A stretch of 63,533 bases of DNA, filler included, from Hausera hauseri (lineage: Eukaryota), in assembly GCA_046269625.1 (NCBI GenBank). It is 11 parts of 11 records of this genome, joined end to end, with 100 filler letters (N's around TTAATTAATTAA, not from the genome) between each part and the next. Parts side by side here need not be neighbours in the genome. Positions count along the whole stretch, not along the records: positions 46,083 to 50,367 come from JBJURY010657108.1; positions 50,468 to 56,178 come from JBJURY010201082.1; positions 56,279 to 63,533 come from JBJURY010027227.1; 8 more parts are not named here. The stretch is one strand, 5' to 3'. Position 1 is the stretch's first letter. Every line of letters begins with the position of its first letter. The position numbers were made by a program, and so were the translations under genes. The notes below the pieces were generated by a model. It did no database searches, was not told the origin of the DNA, and saw only the letters and a list, made by a program, of their open reading frames with translations. This document shows, one piece after another, positions 49,001 to 62,200 of this stretch.

Positions 49001-50367
49001 TATGCCACCAACCGTACCAATATATGAAGTCGTATCATATAACTCTGAAATCTACCAAAAGCCTATTAATTTTGAAGATCCTTATGAAAAAACGAAACAA
49101 TATGGAGTACTACGGAGAATGAGTCTTATTAACCAAAGAGTAATAAAAAATGACCACTGGATATTGTACTCGAAAAGGATACCGCGTAATATAGCATCAA
49201 AATAGACGATTTGGGAAAATCCGAATCTCTGTTCGATCTCAGGTTCACTACCTCAAGAACCATTCATCGACAGCCGTTTCACACAGATAGCAAATAACGA
49301 TTTGTATCCGAACGGAGAATTAAGACAATTAAGGCAAGATATCATTTCACCATCAGAAATAACGATAAATAGACACAGAGTCTCGACTATAAAACAGTCA
49401 AAGATAGCGTCGAATTGCTACGGAAGAGTAGCAGAAGGAAGGCCCTTAGCTAAAATATACGTTGAAGACTGGGATGTATATGTCTTAATCGACATAGAAT
49501 CAAAAAAGTCATTAATAAAATACAAATCAATACCAATCACACTACGCGACGAACTATGCCCACCATTATCATCAGACCTTCGTAGAATAGGAGCATTTGG
49601 GCAAATATCGAAGCCAAAATTTAAATGGACGCCCACCGTTCATATGATGGGCCAAGCACTTCAACACGAATTTGTGATAATGGACCAATTAACAGACGAC
49701 GTAGTACTGGGTTGTGACATACTAAAACAGATACCAGGCATGGCAATTGATGTGCATAACGGAAAATTAATTGAGATGGAACTAATTAAGGGAACAAAAA
49801 TAATAAAGGAAAGGAAATCGGACGAAGTATGGATTCCAGTAGACGAAGACATTCCACCCAAAACCGAAATGATAATTTTCGCACAGATTCGCCAAGCCGA
49901 AGATCTGCCAGTATATTTTGAACCTCAAGAGAATATTGATCCAAACCTCATGTTTAGCAATATCCTATGTAGAGTAGCAACGGGACGCATACCTATCAGA
50001 TTGGTGAACAATGTACCAATCCCCGTACGATTGCACGCTAACACTACTTTAGGTCATACCTGAAGAGTATCGGCAGTAACAATAGAGGAAAAACCATACA
50101 AGTGCGCAAAATTTCCAACTCAGGTCGAGACCAAATTTTCTCCTGAGGCATATTGCAAGTTCTACGAAATACTATGCAAATACCGTTCAATAATTGAACA
50201 AAATGAGGAAGACATAGGTAGAGCAAAAGCCATGAGACTAACAATCCCATTAAGAAAGAAACCAGGATCGAATGACGAAATCGATCTAAAAGAACAGAAA
50301 ATGCCCAAGTGGTACCCACCTCCTCATTCATTGAGACCAGAAATAACTAGAGGTAGAGCGGATGTTA
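46083..50367 (+). mobile_element. Giant Gypsy-type retroelement copy B: Ubl, glycoprotein, PR, start of RT
   Basis: Collinear with copy A (YRLYFRGRILD; VTIYDC; GANYYQRV; TM; VYVLIDIES protease; KWYPPPH) but with different inactivating mutations. Confidence 0.92.
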
Positions 50368-51099
50368 NNNNNNNNNNNNNNNNNNNNNNNNNNNNNNNNN
50401 NNNNNNNNNNNTTAATTAATTAANNNNNNNNNNNNNNNNNNNNNNNNNNNNNNNNNNNNNNNNNNNNCATAGAAATTAAATTTCCCTGGTTTTGATAAAT
50501 GTTTAAGGTTCCTGATTTTGTAATTCCATTTTCAAATACAAATTTTAACAATTGTAATTCTCGTTGATTTATTGTTTTACTAAAAAATAATAAATTATCA
50601 TAATCTAAGAAATCTGGTTGTGTTAGCATGTGCATTAAGAACACATTTTAACCACACCCTGAACTTTCAATTATTAATAAACGAAAATTATTTGTGAATA
50701 GTTTATTTTGAAATTCCGTTTTGTTTAAATTTAAATCAGTGATTCCGGATTATCAATTTTTATTGTATATTTTTATAATGTTAATACAACATTTAGAAAT
50801 TGTGCATCACTTCGAATGTATTTATTACATGACTTTGCGACCTGTTTCACAGAATTTGGAATCAAAATTATTTGAAGACATTTTTTATTGTATAATTTTA
50901 TAATTGAAGTGTTGGGAGTAGTTGTATTACCAGGCCTGTAGGTCGGTTTTTCATTCATTTTTAAAACTTTTTATGTGCGACTGGTGTTTGCGGGTGAGCG
51001 AATGAAAATTGTTTTTAACAATTGAGAGGCCGGCCTACAAGCCTGGTAGTACAACTACTCTCGTATTAATGTTGGAAACCACAAGGTGAAGGATTGAGA

Positions 51100-54000
51100 A
51101 GTCAGAGAAACTTAGCGGTATACAAATCATTTGGTATAATTGATTTGTTATAATTTACTATTTTACACAATGGGTCTTTGCCTAGTGTAACAAAGTGATC
51201 TTGCGCATTTCGAATCAGACCGTCTGTTGGTGTATCATCCAGATCAGTTAACACATAAAGTGCTCGAATTAATGTTCCAAACAATCCTTCGGCTGGTGCA
51301 CAACCCGAAGTTATGTAGGGTGTATTTCGCCAGCCAAGCAGGACAAGGGGTAGGAGAGCTATCCAGTTGCTATGTGATTCAACAAGAATTCGAGTGAGGT
51401 CTTCATTGTGCGGTGAAATCTTTTTAGCAAACCGTTCGCTTGGGGATGATATGGATAAGTGTGTATATGTTTAAGCCTCAATCGATTGACTAAGGATTTA
51501 AAGAGATTTGACTTGAATTGTGGACCTTGGTCCGTGATGATTAAGCACAGTGAGCCAAATTTGCTGATACAGGTTTTGATAAAAACCTCAGCAATAGTGC
51601 CAATGTTTGTGGAGCGTAATTGAATGGCTTCAGGTCATCGAGAAGAACAGTCCATCATTGTAAATATGAATTAATGGCCGTTTTCTGAATGAAGAGGGCA
51701 GACTAGGTTAATATGCACGGATTCAAAACGCGGCTTACAGGGGAGTGATATAGTGGCGGCTTCAAATGCTTGTGGGTTTTGAACTTTTGGCATGCCACAC
51801 TTTTTATCCACACCTCTTCGTCTGATCTCATCGACGCCCATATAACGTTACGTTGCAACAGACGAAAAGTTGCTTTACCACCCAGATGATAAGGACAATG
51901 CACGCTATGGAATGCAGTTTTCTGCAAAGCTGAAGATAGTATGGGTTTGTGATTACTCGGTTTAGAAGTGTCTTAGGCAATGCCGTTGATGATTTGGTGT
52001 GATTTAAAGGATTTAAGAATATTCCGCGTTGGCACGTTTTGCTAAAGTACTGCTTGTGAAACAATTGGATTGACTCCCATGATGTTAACGGATGTCCATA
52101 AAAAATCGGCAACCAGATTGTCAGTGCCTGAAATATTTACCATTTTAAAATTGAATATCGACAAGTACGATATGGGACGTTCCTGTCGAAGTGACGGAGT
52201 TTTCATGTTCATAATGCGAAACAGAAGTTTGTGGTCTGTTTGGATTGTAAAAGACCTGGGGATTAGTAGATGTGAGAAGTGTTTTAGATCTAATACTGTA
52301 GCTAGGAGATATGTCAAAAGTTGAATAACGGCTTTCGGGTGGTTTTAATTTTTGAAAAAAAATTCCAGAGGCTCATTTATGTTATTGAATATTTGATTAA
52401 GTACAGCACCAACTACTATGGTAGAAGTATCTGTAGTTAATATTAGTTCCGTATCTCGTTTAGGATAAGCTAGTATCTCGACAGTTTTTAAGCCCTCACA
52501 TAAATGGTCATAATGGTTGACTAGTTCAGGAGTCCAGTGAATTAATTCTTCCTTCTTTCCAGACGATAGAAATGCGAAAGGTACCATTAATTCTGAGCAA
52601 TGTGGAATGTATTTATGAACGAAATGAAGTGTGCAAGAAAGTAGCGCATTTCGGTTGTTGTTCGTGGTAGTTGGATGTTTTTAAGCTGCGTTATACGGTC
52701 TTGTTGAGGAGAGTGGCCAGATTTGCTGATGAAATGTCCAAGGAAATGGATCTTGTGTTGGAAAAAAGAACATTTGGTGAAATTTACTTCTAGATTATTT
52801 TGGTGAAATCGTTGAAAGACTATGCGTAAATGCTCAGAATGTTCTGTAGGAAATGAAAAAGCAATGAGAATATCATCTATGTAAGGGAATGCGAAACTTA
52901 AATCAGTGAGTATTGTATTAATGTTCCTTTGATATATTTGAGAGGCATTACTCAGACCGAAAGGCACAAAAACATACTGAGAAAGTCGGAAAGGTGTTAT
53001 TACAGCCGTTTTCGATTTGTCATCAGGTGAGACAGGGATTTGATATAAGCTTTATGTATATCGATGGTTGAAAAAATGGTATTGCTTTGAAATCGATGTA
53101 GAATGTCGTATATGAGCGGTAATGGATATGCATCCATTACCATGACGGAGTTTAATTGGCGATAATCACCATAGGGCCCGAAAGTTCCTTCCTTCTTAGA
53201 TATTACTACGTGAGGCCCAGGGTGACTTTGATCTTCTTATGATGTCAGGTTTTCCTAGTTGCTTGAATTTGGATTCTACAGCATTGCGTCTTCATGGAGA
53301 AAGTGGCATAATTTTTTGTTTAATCTGACTTTGGTGTTCAGTTACAATGCGATGGTACGTTGTAGAAGCAGGCTTGAAACTGGAGCCATTCTTTAACGTT
53401 CTAGGACAAGAAATTGTTACATAGTCACGAAGAGCTACATTTAATTTCATAAATGGAGATGAAGGTTGAAAGATCGTGTCTATGTTGGCATTTGTGTTCG
53501 TTATTACTGTATGAACGGAACCGTCACAATCAGGGTTGTCAACATCCAATTTATCTAATTTGATAATAGATTTCTTTAATATAGATTTTGGCACTACCGT
53601 CGACTTCGCTACAAGTGGCGCATTATTTTGTGATTTTGTATTTTTTTTCACACTATGCTGTCTGCAGTAGAGAAGTAAATTGTGATGCGATAGAAAGTCA
53701 GACTCCAAGATGGGAGTTTTGATATCAGCAACAATGAACTTGCATTGAAAAAGTTCAGAGAAATGTGCTAAGATGAAAGAAAGTTACACAGTATCAGAAA
53801 TGCGTAAGGCTTGCCCATTGGCAGTAAATAGCCTAGCAGAGGTGGGAACTAATGAGGTGGAGGCAGTAATGAGATGGCTGCACACGAATCAATCAGGAAT
53901 TTAGCATGGTATGAAGAAGATGTGAGTGCGGCGTTCAACATGAAAACAGCGTTAGTACGGCGGTTAAGTGATGAAAGATGGCCGTTGCCAGAAATTGCCG

Positions 54001-55616
54001 TAGTTTCTGGTCGCTTTAGGCGTTTTTTTTTGAATGGATGATGAGGAAGAAGTTGGAATGTTCTGGGTGTAAAATTTACACCCTGGTAAGCAGCGTTTTG
54101 CACCGTCTTTAAGCTTACTGTCATAGAAGCAGACTAAATCCTGTGATTGAAAATGCTGCGTATAGAACTTGCAGCCTATACAGTATTTTTTGGCATTTCA
54201 ATTGAATTTGGTGTGATAATAGCACACTATCTGTCGCGAAGGTGTCCGGGCGTGTCTAGAGTTTTCAGACGACTGTCTGGTTCGATTTGCTCCAAATCGA
54301 TCACGACGTGGAAAGGACAAAGCGTCGAGTTTGCCAGATATAGTAGAAATAGACTGATGTAAGGCCGCATTTTCGGCTTGCAGATTTTGAATTTCATTAT
54401 CTATGTTGTTCATGTTGTTTGATGAGTTTGCTTATTGTAGATGTACAACTATTGTTGGTGATTGCGTTGCTTTTAAAGCTGAAATCTTTGTTTGTGCATT
54501 ATTGTTATGAAAAATTTTGTAACTTTTGTCCGCAAGTTGCACCAGTTTGTTGAGCGACGTGGAATCCTCCGCTACAGTGAGTAGTGCGCGGATTTGGATT
54601 GGCAAGGATGATAAGAAATTACGCTGGAGAAGGTCCACACCTAGTGAATTTGGTTGTGAAAGTATTGTACGAAGGAATTCTGTAGTCTTTCGCTAGCATA
54701 GAGCATTTTCGTTGAAGATATTTTTAAATTATGGAGTCTAGCGAAGGCTTAGTTGATGCAGTTACATCGTTAGAATGATTAAAGATATCAGAAAGATTAG
54801 TTATGCCGGATTTGATATTGAGTGGCAAATGGATCAGCAAACTATTAGCTTCCTGAAATGAATCTGTGATTTTGTATGAGGCTAGCCACCTTGCGTGGAC
54901 GTCAAGCCACATTCTGCTGAAAGTTTGACTATCAAGGAGAAATCAACACAATGAAAGTGTGTGAAAGAAGAAGGATTTGTGGACACAAAGGTTATGTTTG
55001 GTGATTTTTTTATTTCATCAGAATTGGAGTCAGAATACACCACAAAGTTCAGGAATTAAATGGAGATAAAGTGATGAAGAAGAATGTGATAAGAACGTGT
55101 GCAGAAGGTCATTGGGATGAATAACTAGACCGTTGAAAGATATTGTAAAATCAGAAAGATGGATGTCGTTGAAGATGGAAGTGTGTATGTGTTTTCATAA
55201 TGTTTTGTAACACGCTGGATATATCTTGATTTGTCTATTAAGTTTGAGAACAAAAATTGATGGTTTTGTGGCGCCCGAGGCGTAATACAATGTTTCCACT
55301 CTGCGTGACGCGCGACCCATGGGCGTGGGGTGAAAAGAGGATGCTGCGGCCTCGCCACAACGATGCCAAATTGTGGGGTTGAAGCCATCCCCATAGAAAA
55401 ATCTAACCGTAGTGGCAGTATGCTTTTTAGAAGTAATATGTTAAAGGCATCATAGCCAATATTGAATATTTTTGGACGTAGTCTTGTATTTATGATGCTT
55501 TTATGAATGTGATGCTTTATAGGATTTTGCTTTACTTAAATCAGATTGTGGAGATGGGAAGAGGATTGATCTCGATTTTAGTAGATGGAAGTGAGCACAA
55601 CAGGCCAACCCCCACA
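51100..55616 (-). mobile_element. CsRn1-like Gypsy LTR retrotransposon (5' LTR, gag, pol), decayed
   Basis: Gag FLSSLP...LVQLADK and a CHCC-type finger CYYH..F...A...C..C (~54170-54230); PR FLIDSCA; RT MPFGL.NA, PYIDDIL; RH TTDTS, QTDHK; IN ITDQGPQF, HPQANG. Confidence 0.9.
55372..55616 (-). repeat. 5' LTR (245 bp) followed by a PBS-like sequence
   Basis: Minus strand starts TGTGGGGGTT (55616) and ends AACCCCACA (55372), i.e. inverted termini TG..CA, followed within 3 nt by TGGCATCG...; the priming tRNA is not assigned. Confidence 0.8.
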
Positions 55617-56278
55617 GGATCGATAATCAATATTCAATAATCAATTTTTTAAATTCAAATTTCAATTTTTTTCAACTTTTATAAGAAGTGAGATCAAACT
55701 CCCCACCAGTGCACCATCGATTTTAGCACTTCGACAGTGTGCTCCATTATTCGAATTCGGTGCAAATTTTCCAAAATTTTCGAATGGTATAGGTTACAAA
55801 TCCTTACGACTTTAGGAACCAATTCTATAACGATTATAATGTTTCGAATAAAATGTTCGAAGGCTATATCTTAGCATTTATACGTCATATTGAAGTGAGA
55901 TAAAGTTTTTCCAATGCAGGAAAATGTCCTATATCAAATAAAATCGAAATTACCGATTTCTAATTTTTTCGATAAAAATCGATTTTTCGAATATTTTTCA
56001 TTTTAATGCGTACCCCTAGTCACCAGCTGTTATTTAAGCCAAAAGTGACCGCAGAATATTGTATGCATGCAGAGATATACTTTATTGTGTGTAATAACGT
56101 AAAATCGATATCCCTGGGCTGATTAAAGATAATTTAATGTGAATAAGTGTATATGAATAAGAATTAATTAACCTATCTNNNNNNNNNNNNNNNNNNNNNN
56201 NNNNNNNNNNNNNNNNNNNNNNTTAATTAATTAANNNNNNNNNNNNNNNNNNNNNNNNNNNNNNNNNNNNNNNNNNNN

Positions 56279-59222
56279 GGGGTCTGGCATCCTCAAATGC
56301 TTCTAAGTCAATTAATGAATACTTCTGTCCGAGTTTAAATCTATCGCAATCGTAAACGGTAACAGCGCCCATCTGTTTTATCAACATCATTTTGGTGAGT
56401 AAACTGATTAACCAATTAGATTCATCCTTTCGGTTGTTGTTATCCTTTGTCGTCAAGTTCCGTATGATGTCTCCTAGTCCATTATTACTGTTCCTTTTGT
56501 CTTCTTCCTTGTCAAACAATTTTGGCCAATTTACTTTACATGGTAGCTTTCTAGATGCTTTTCGTACCAAACTTGTAGCTCGATTTAGTTTATTTTTTCG
56601 ATTTAAATTTGTCTTTATTGCCAAATACAATAATACTTTTTTTAGCTCTTCTATCGTGTTTTCCACCGTAATCTTCTCAACTACTGCGTCGTCAGTTAGG
56701 CTATTTTTTGACAATTTGAAACGCGAACTTTTTATTGTCCTAGCTGCGTTGAATATCGCCTTTTCTTTCTCATCTAATACATCTCCGCGAAGACTCAAAT
56801 AATTTACGAAACATATTAAATTCTTCATTAGCTCGCTTAGTTCAACATTATCTGTATTGAAAGTAGGAATCGACATTTGTCTTAATTCTCTGATCAGCTC
56901 TCCATTAGTCAATTTCTTCTCGGGGTTTCCTAGGTCTGCCGACTGGGCGTTTCGGTCTTGGAGCATTAGCTGGCATTCCACTTATCGGTACTAGATTCTT
57001 GTCGTATTGTTCTGTGTCTTCATCCGTCTGTAAATACTAGAAATACATTGCTGTATCTCGTACTCCCATGATTTGTCCTACGCATTGTTTTGTTTTAGCC
57101 TTCCGCGTGGCTTTTTCTATGGTCTGTTCATTAGTTTGTGTTACTACTATCCGATTTGTTTCACCGGGAATAATTCCGACATCTATTAACTGTTCTAAAT
57201 CGTCGAGTATTCTTCCTCTAAAGTAAAATCTGTAATTTAGCTCATTTGTTTCGCCATTATTTAGTAACCATTCTCTTACGTCCTTTACGTAAGAATGAGT
57301 AGTTAACGCACATTCTTTTGCTTCCATCCACTCGGATGCTAACATTATTTTCATCATTACCTCTGGTTTAGTCTTCAAAATTTCTGCATATTTTTTATCA
57401 AGAGTTTCGGCATCGTGCTGTAAATCGTTTTCTCGTTAGATAGTTTAGTCAAGGTCGGAATAAGTTGTTGGAGCTTATTTTCAGTCATATTCACATTAAT
57501 TGATTCCATCAAATCCTTCTCAGTTAACGCTGAATCTAAGAGCATCTCTACATTGAATTTTCTATTCTGTAGATACGTTTGTATTTCATCGAAATGTACC
57601 GGAGTCGCCGGATTTTCGGCCGCTATTTCTTCTAAATAGGCATCCCATTCTGGTTCATTCTCAATATCTGAAAGTCCATAGTCTACTAGGACTGTGTTCG
57701 TTTTTTGCACATTTTATCGAATTTCTTTCAGTCTTGGTTGTATTTATTTCATCTGCGTAATTCGGAAACCTATTCCGTTCCCACAAGCATACTGAATCTT
57801 TTTCAGTATTTCGCCTAATTCATTAGAATCGATAAATCCTTTTTGGTGATAATCAGTTAATTCAATAATTACATCTCTGCCATCTTTGTACAAATTCTCG
57901 TTTATTTTTGATCTCTAACTCAGTAAAAGCATATTTGTTCCGATAAACTTCAAGCTCTTTCGTTAGTTCGTCCAACCTTGTTGCTCTTTGTTTTGTTTTA
58001 ATACATGTTTCTTCTACTTTCTGTATCTTGGGCATCAATTGTCTCATCCTCTCGTCACTAATCTCCGTCATTTCTAGCAATAAGTAGGCTAACTCGTACA
58101 TCTCATTTATAGCTTTTGAGTCGGGGTCCATTGCATTCGACAACGTCTTTACGAACTTATGTTCCTGAAAGCTGAAATGTGGGTCATCTCTTATTTTTGT
58201 TAACTTGGCATGAAAATTCTGATCAGATCCGGTCATCCATTTTTGGAGTTTATGCAAGAATTTTATTGCGTCTGTTATCGTATCTCGATGTCCGGGACAG
58301 ATGTCTAAGATTTCAATGTCTTGGGCAGAGATCATGTCGATCGGTTTTACCGTTAAGTATTGGATTCCTTCTAGTCGAGCAACCTTCAACTTTGAAGTTA
58401 CATAGTAAATCATGTTTCGTTTTTCCGTCAAGTTCGTTTCTTCGATCAATTTATAGATGTCCTTCAATATCGACGTTTCTCGTCCTCCTTTCATAAATTT
58501 TAGTTGTCGTAATGCTTCAAATTGAGTACGAATGTCTATTTCTATTCGCATTGTGCCTAGATCATGTGCACTTTCTTCTAGCTGCTTCTTTACCATCGGT
58601 TCGATTTGCAGAAATTGTTTCTTCAGTCTTCTAATGATTTTCTTAGTCGGTTTACTAACTCGGACCATTTCAACAATTAATTTGCGATTACTGGTTTCGC
58701 ATTATAACCTTATCTAACATCTTATACGCATCTTTTAACTCATCGTTGGACCCTCTTAGGAAGTTCATAATTCGACCGACATAACTAATCTCGTCCTTAT
58801 ATTCGTCAAATTCTATAATACAAGCATTTATGTTATATTTAGTTTCTTCATTATTTATAAACATAATTCGATTTCTTAAACTGTTGATCTGTGATCTTTT
58901 TTCGTTTTCCCTTTTGATGCGGCTCTCTAAGTCCGCACATCGTCTGTTTTCGACGAAGGCAATTTTTATCATCTCCATTAAAGGAGAAATATCTATCAGG
59001 TCTACACCCAATATTTCTAAATCGATACTACTTCGATCGCTAACCGGTTTTTCCCTAAGCCAATTAATCATTGCACAGCGAATTTCATCCATTAGACGTT
59101 CTAAATTACGGACTACTCTCTTCAGTTTTGGGTTTGTTTCTAAAGTAGACAGTAGTGTTTGAGCCTTAGTAACTTTCACATCAACACTATCTTCGTTTTT
59201 ACTCAATCCTTCTGAAAATTCT
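56279..59222 (-). mobile_element. Giant retroelement copy D: helical region, Ubl, start of glycoprotein
   Basis: Collinear with 60700-63533; ORF 56981 runs open through the hydrophobic leader into VTVYDC. Confidence 0.88.
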
Positions 59223-62200
59223 ACTCGCTGGTAATAGTTCGCGCCAAGCAAGGATTCCCATTTAGCCTGATATCGGGTATCGTTTACTACTAATGCAATG
59301 GCTCGGTTTAATTCGTGTGTTCGCTATTGTGGAAAAGCAAGAAATTGTCGAAAAGCTTCGATCTCTTTTGGTCTGTAAATGCCCTTTTGAGATGTATCCT
59401 GGAACTTGTCGTCGGTAATTCCTGTTGATAAATTAGTCCCAGTTAGTTTTTTGGAATAGTAGTGACGCCTCCATTAGGTAGGCTAACCCAATCTATTTCG
59501 CTACGCCTAAACATCGGTTCGCCCAAACTTGCCTTATAATCCTTTAGGATGGTTGGTTGTGTCGCATTATCGAGCAACACTCTAGTGAGAGGTACAGCTA
59601 AGCGCGGAGTATTCTGACAGATCACAGGAAGTTCTTGTATACATCATTTTTTCTCGACATTAATTGGTAAGTCTCTTTTTTCACATTCATATATCAGTAG
59701 AACTTCTCCAGTAACTCGACCAAAAATTCCTTCTCTCATGGAAATGATCGGTGAGGCTAACTCAAGATTCGCACAAATAAGGGCTTATTTTGTCCTCATA
59801 ATTTCCGTATCTAATTTGCAATCGTTAGTTATCATTTTGTGGTATAGTTCTGCTATTCCAACCTGTCCTTTATAGTAAAAATAATCATCTCAGTTTTTCA
59901 GATAATTCTAGATTCTAATGTCTTGCGTTTCTAAGTTATATGCTTTCGCCTTTACCTCCGTTTCTGCGATGAAGAACGCTTCGTAGTTAGCGGTAAACAT
60001 TACCACTTCACATCGTGAAATCATTTCCTTTTTTATGAATTTCAATCCATGTCGATCAGAGATTAATATCATAGGTGTATTATGCTCTGATACATCTTCA
60101 CGTGCCCTTAAACTGATGTCGGATTTGTCTACATATCGTTTTTCGGTAGTTTCATTAAATTTAAATTCTTTAATCTTAATAAAATTACAAGCCTTTCTGG
60201 TGGGTGGTTCTCATATGACGACAGAGCTTCAGAAGTCACAAATTCTGTCTTACATATGACATTTTTGATTTTCAGTGTATAATATAGTAACGCTATGGAA
60301 CATTACTTTTTGAACTCGCATTTCCGATTCGTAAAAGTCTACTACCACTACGTTTGCTTCCAGTCCTTTTCCGGTATCATATTCCGTTTCACTACAGTGC
60401 CCGTTATGCATATCCAGTCTTCCGGCTACTATCTTATACCCTCTGATTATTTTTCCGGCTGCATTTCTAATTCCATGATATCCCATTTTAGTCTTACAGT
60501 TTCTCGGGCTTGTTTGCAATGTTGTCTTTCCAAATTCACTGAAAGTGGAGGGGTTGTTGGCTTAATTATCGAGGAGTGCCCGTGCATTAGCCCACACTGA
60601 AAAATACTACGAGATCGTCTCAGCATACATTCTATGCCATACAGAAATATCAATTCTTGTTGTTCGTATAGGAAATAGTTCTTTTTTTGTTTCCAATTTG
60701 TATGGTCTGTCATCTTCACATGCTTCTATGTCCATCAATGAATATTTCTGTCCAAACTTAAATCTATCACAATTGTAGACGGTAACATCACCCATGTTTT
60801 TTATTAACATCATTATAGTGAGTAAGCTAATTAACCAATTTGATTCGTTCTTCCGGTTGCTATTATCCGTTGTCGTCGCGTTCCGTGTGACTTCTTTGAG
60901 TCTATTGTTATTTCTCTTGTCTTCTTCCTTGTCAAACTATTTTGGCCAATTTACCTCACACGGAAGTTTCCTAGATGCTTTTCGAGCCAAACTCGTCGCT
61001 CTATTTAGTTCATTTTCTCGATTCGGATTTGGCTTAATTGCCAAGTACAATAATAATTTTCTTAGCTTTTTTATGCTATTCTCCACAATGATGTTCTCGA
61101 CTATTGTGTCGTCAGTCAAACTACTTTTTGATAGTTTAAAACGCGAACTTTTCATTGTTCTAGCTGCGTTAAATATTGCCTTTTCTTTATTATCTAGTGT
61201 ATCTCCGCGGAGACTCGAATAATTTACGATACGTATTAAGTTTTTCGTTAACTCGCGTAATTCTTCATTATCTGTATTAAAAGTAGGAATCGACATTTGT
61301 CTCAGTTCTCTAATTAATTCTCCATTATAGTCAATTTCTTCTCGGTGCTTCCTAGGTCTGCCGACTCGGCGTTTTGGTCTCGGAGCAATGGCTGGCATTC
61401 CAATTAGCGGTACTAGATTCTTGTTGTACTGTTCCTTGTCTTCATCAATCTGTAAGTATTCGAAGTACATTGTTGCATCTCGTACTCCCATTATTTGTCC
61501 TACACGTTGCTCCATTTTAGCTTTACGCGTAGCTTCTTTTTTTGTCTGTTCATTGGCTATTATTACTACTATCCGATTTATTTCGCCGAGTATGATTCCG
61601 ACGTCTATTAGCTGTTCTAAATCGTCGAGTATTCTTCCTCTAAAGTAAAATCTATAATTTAGCTCATTTGTTCCTCCATTATTTAGTAACCATTCTCTTA
61701 CGTCCTTTACGTAGGAATGAGTGGTTAACTCACATTCTTTTTCTTCCATCCACTCGGGTGATATCATTATTTTTATCATTACTTCGGATTTAGTCTTTAA
61801 GATGTTTGCGTATTTTTTATCAAAAGTTTTGGCACCGTGCTGTAAATTGTATTCTCGCTAGATAGTTTAGTCAAAGTTGGAATACGTTGTTTAAGTTTAT
61901 TTTTAATCATATTCACCTTAATTGATTCCATAAAGTTCTTCTCAGTTAACGCTGAGTTTAGGAGCATCTCTACATTGAATTTCCTATTCTGTGGATCCGT
62001 TTGTATTTCATCGAGGTGTACTAAAGTCACTGGATTTTCGGCCGCTATTTCTTCTAAATAGGCATCCCATTCTGGTTCATTCTCAATATCTTGAAGTCTA
62101 TAGTCTACTAGGGCTGTGTTCGTTTTTTTGCACATTTTCTCGAATTTCTTTCAATCTTGGTTGTATTTCTTTCATCTGCGTAGTTCGGAAACCTATTCCG

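Noticed and set aside
55269-55280. TGGCGCCCGA, a tRNA-Lys-type PBS on the plus strand
   Set aside because: Wrong strand for the element and not adjacent to an LTR end; the minus-strand TGG next to 55372 fits better.
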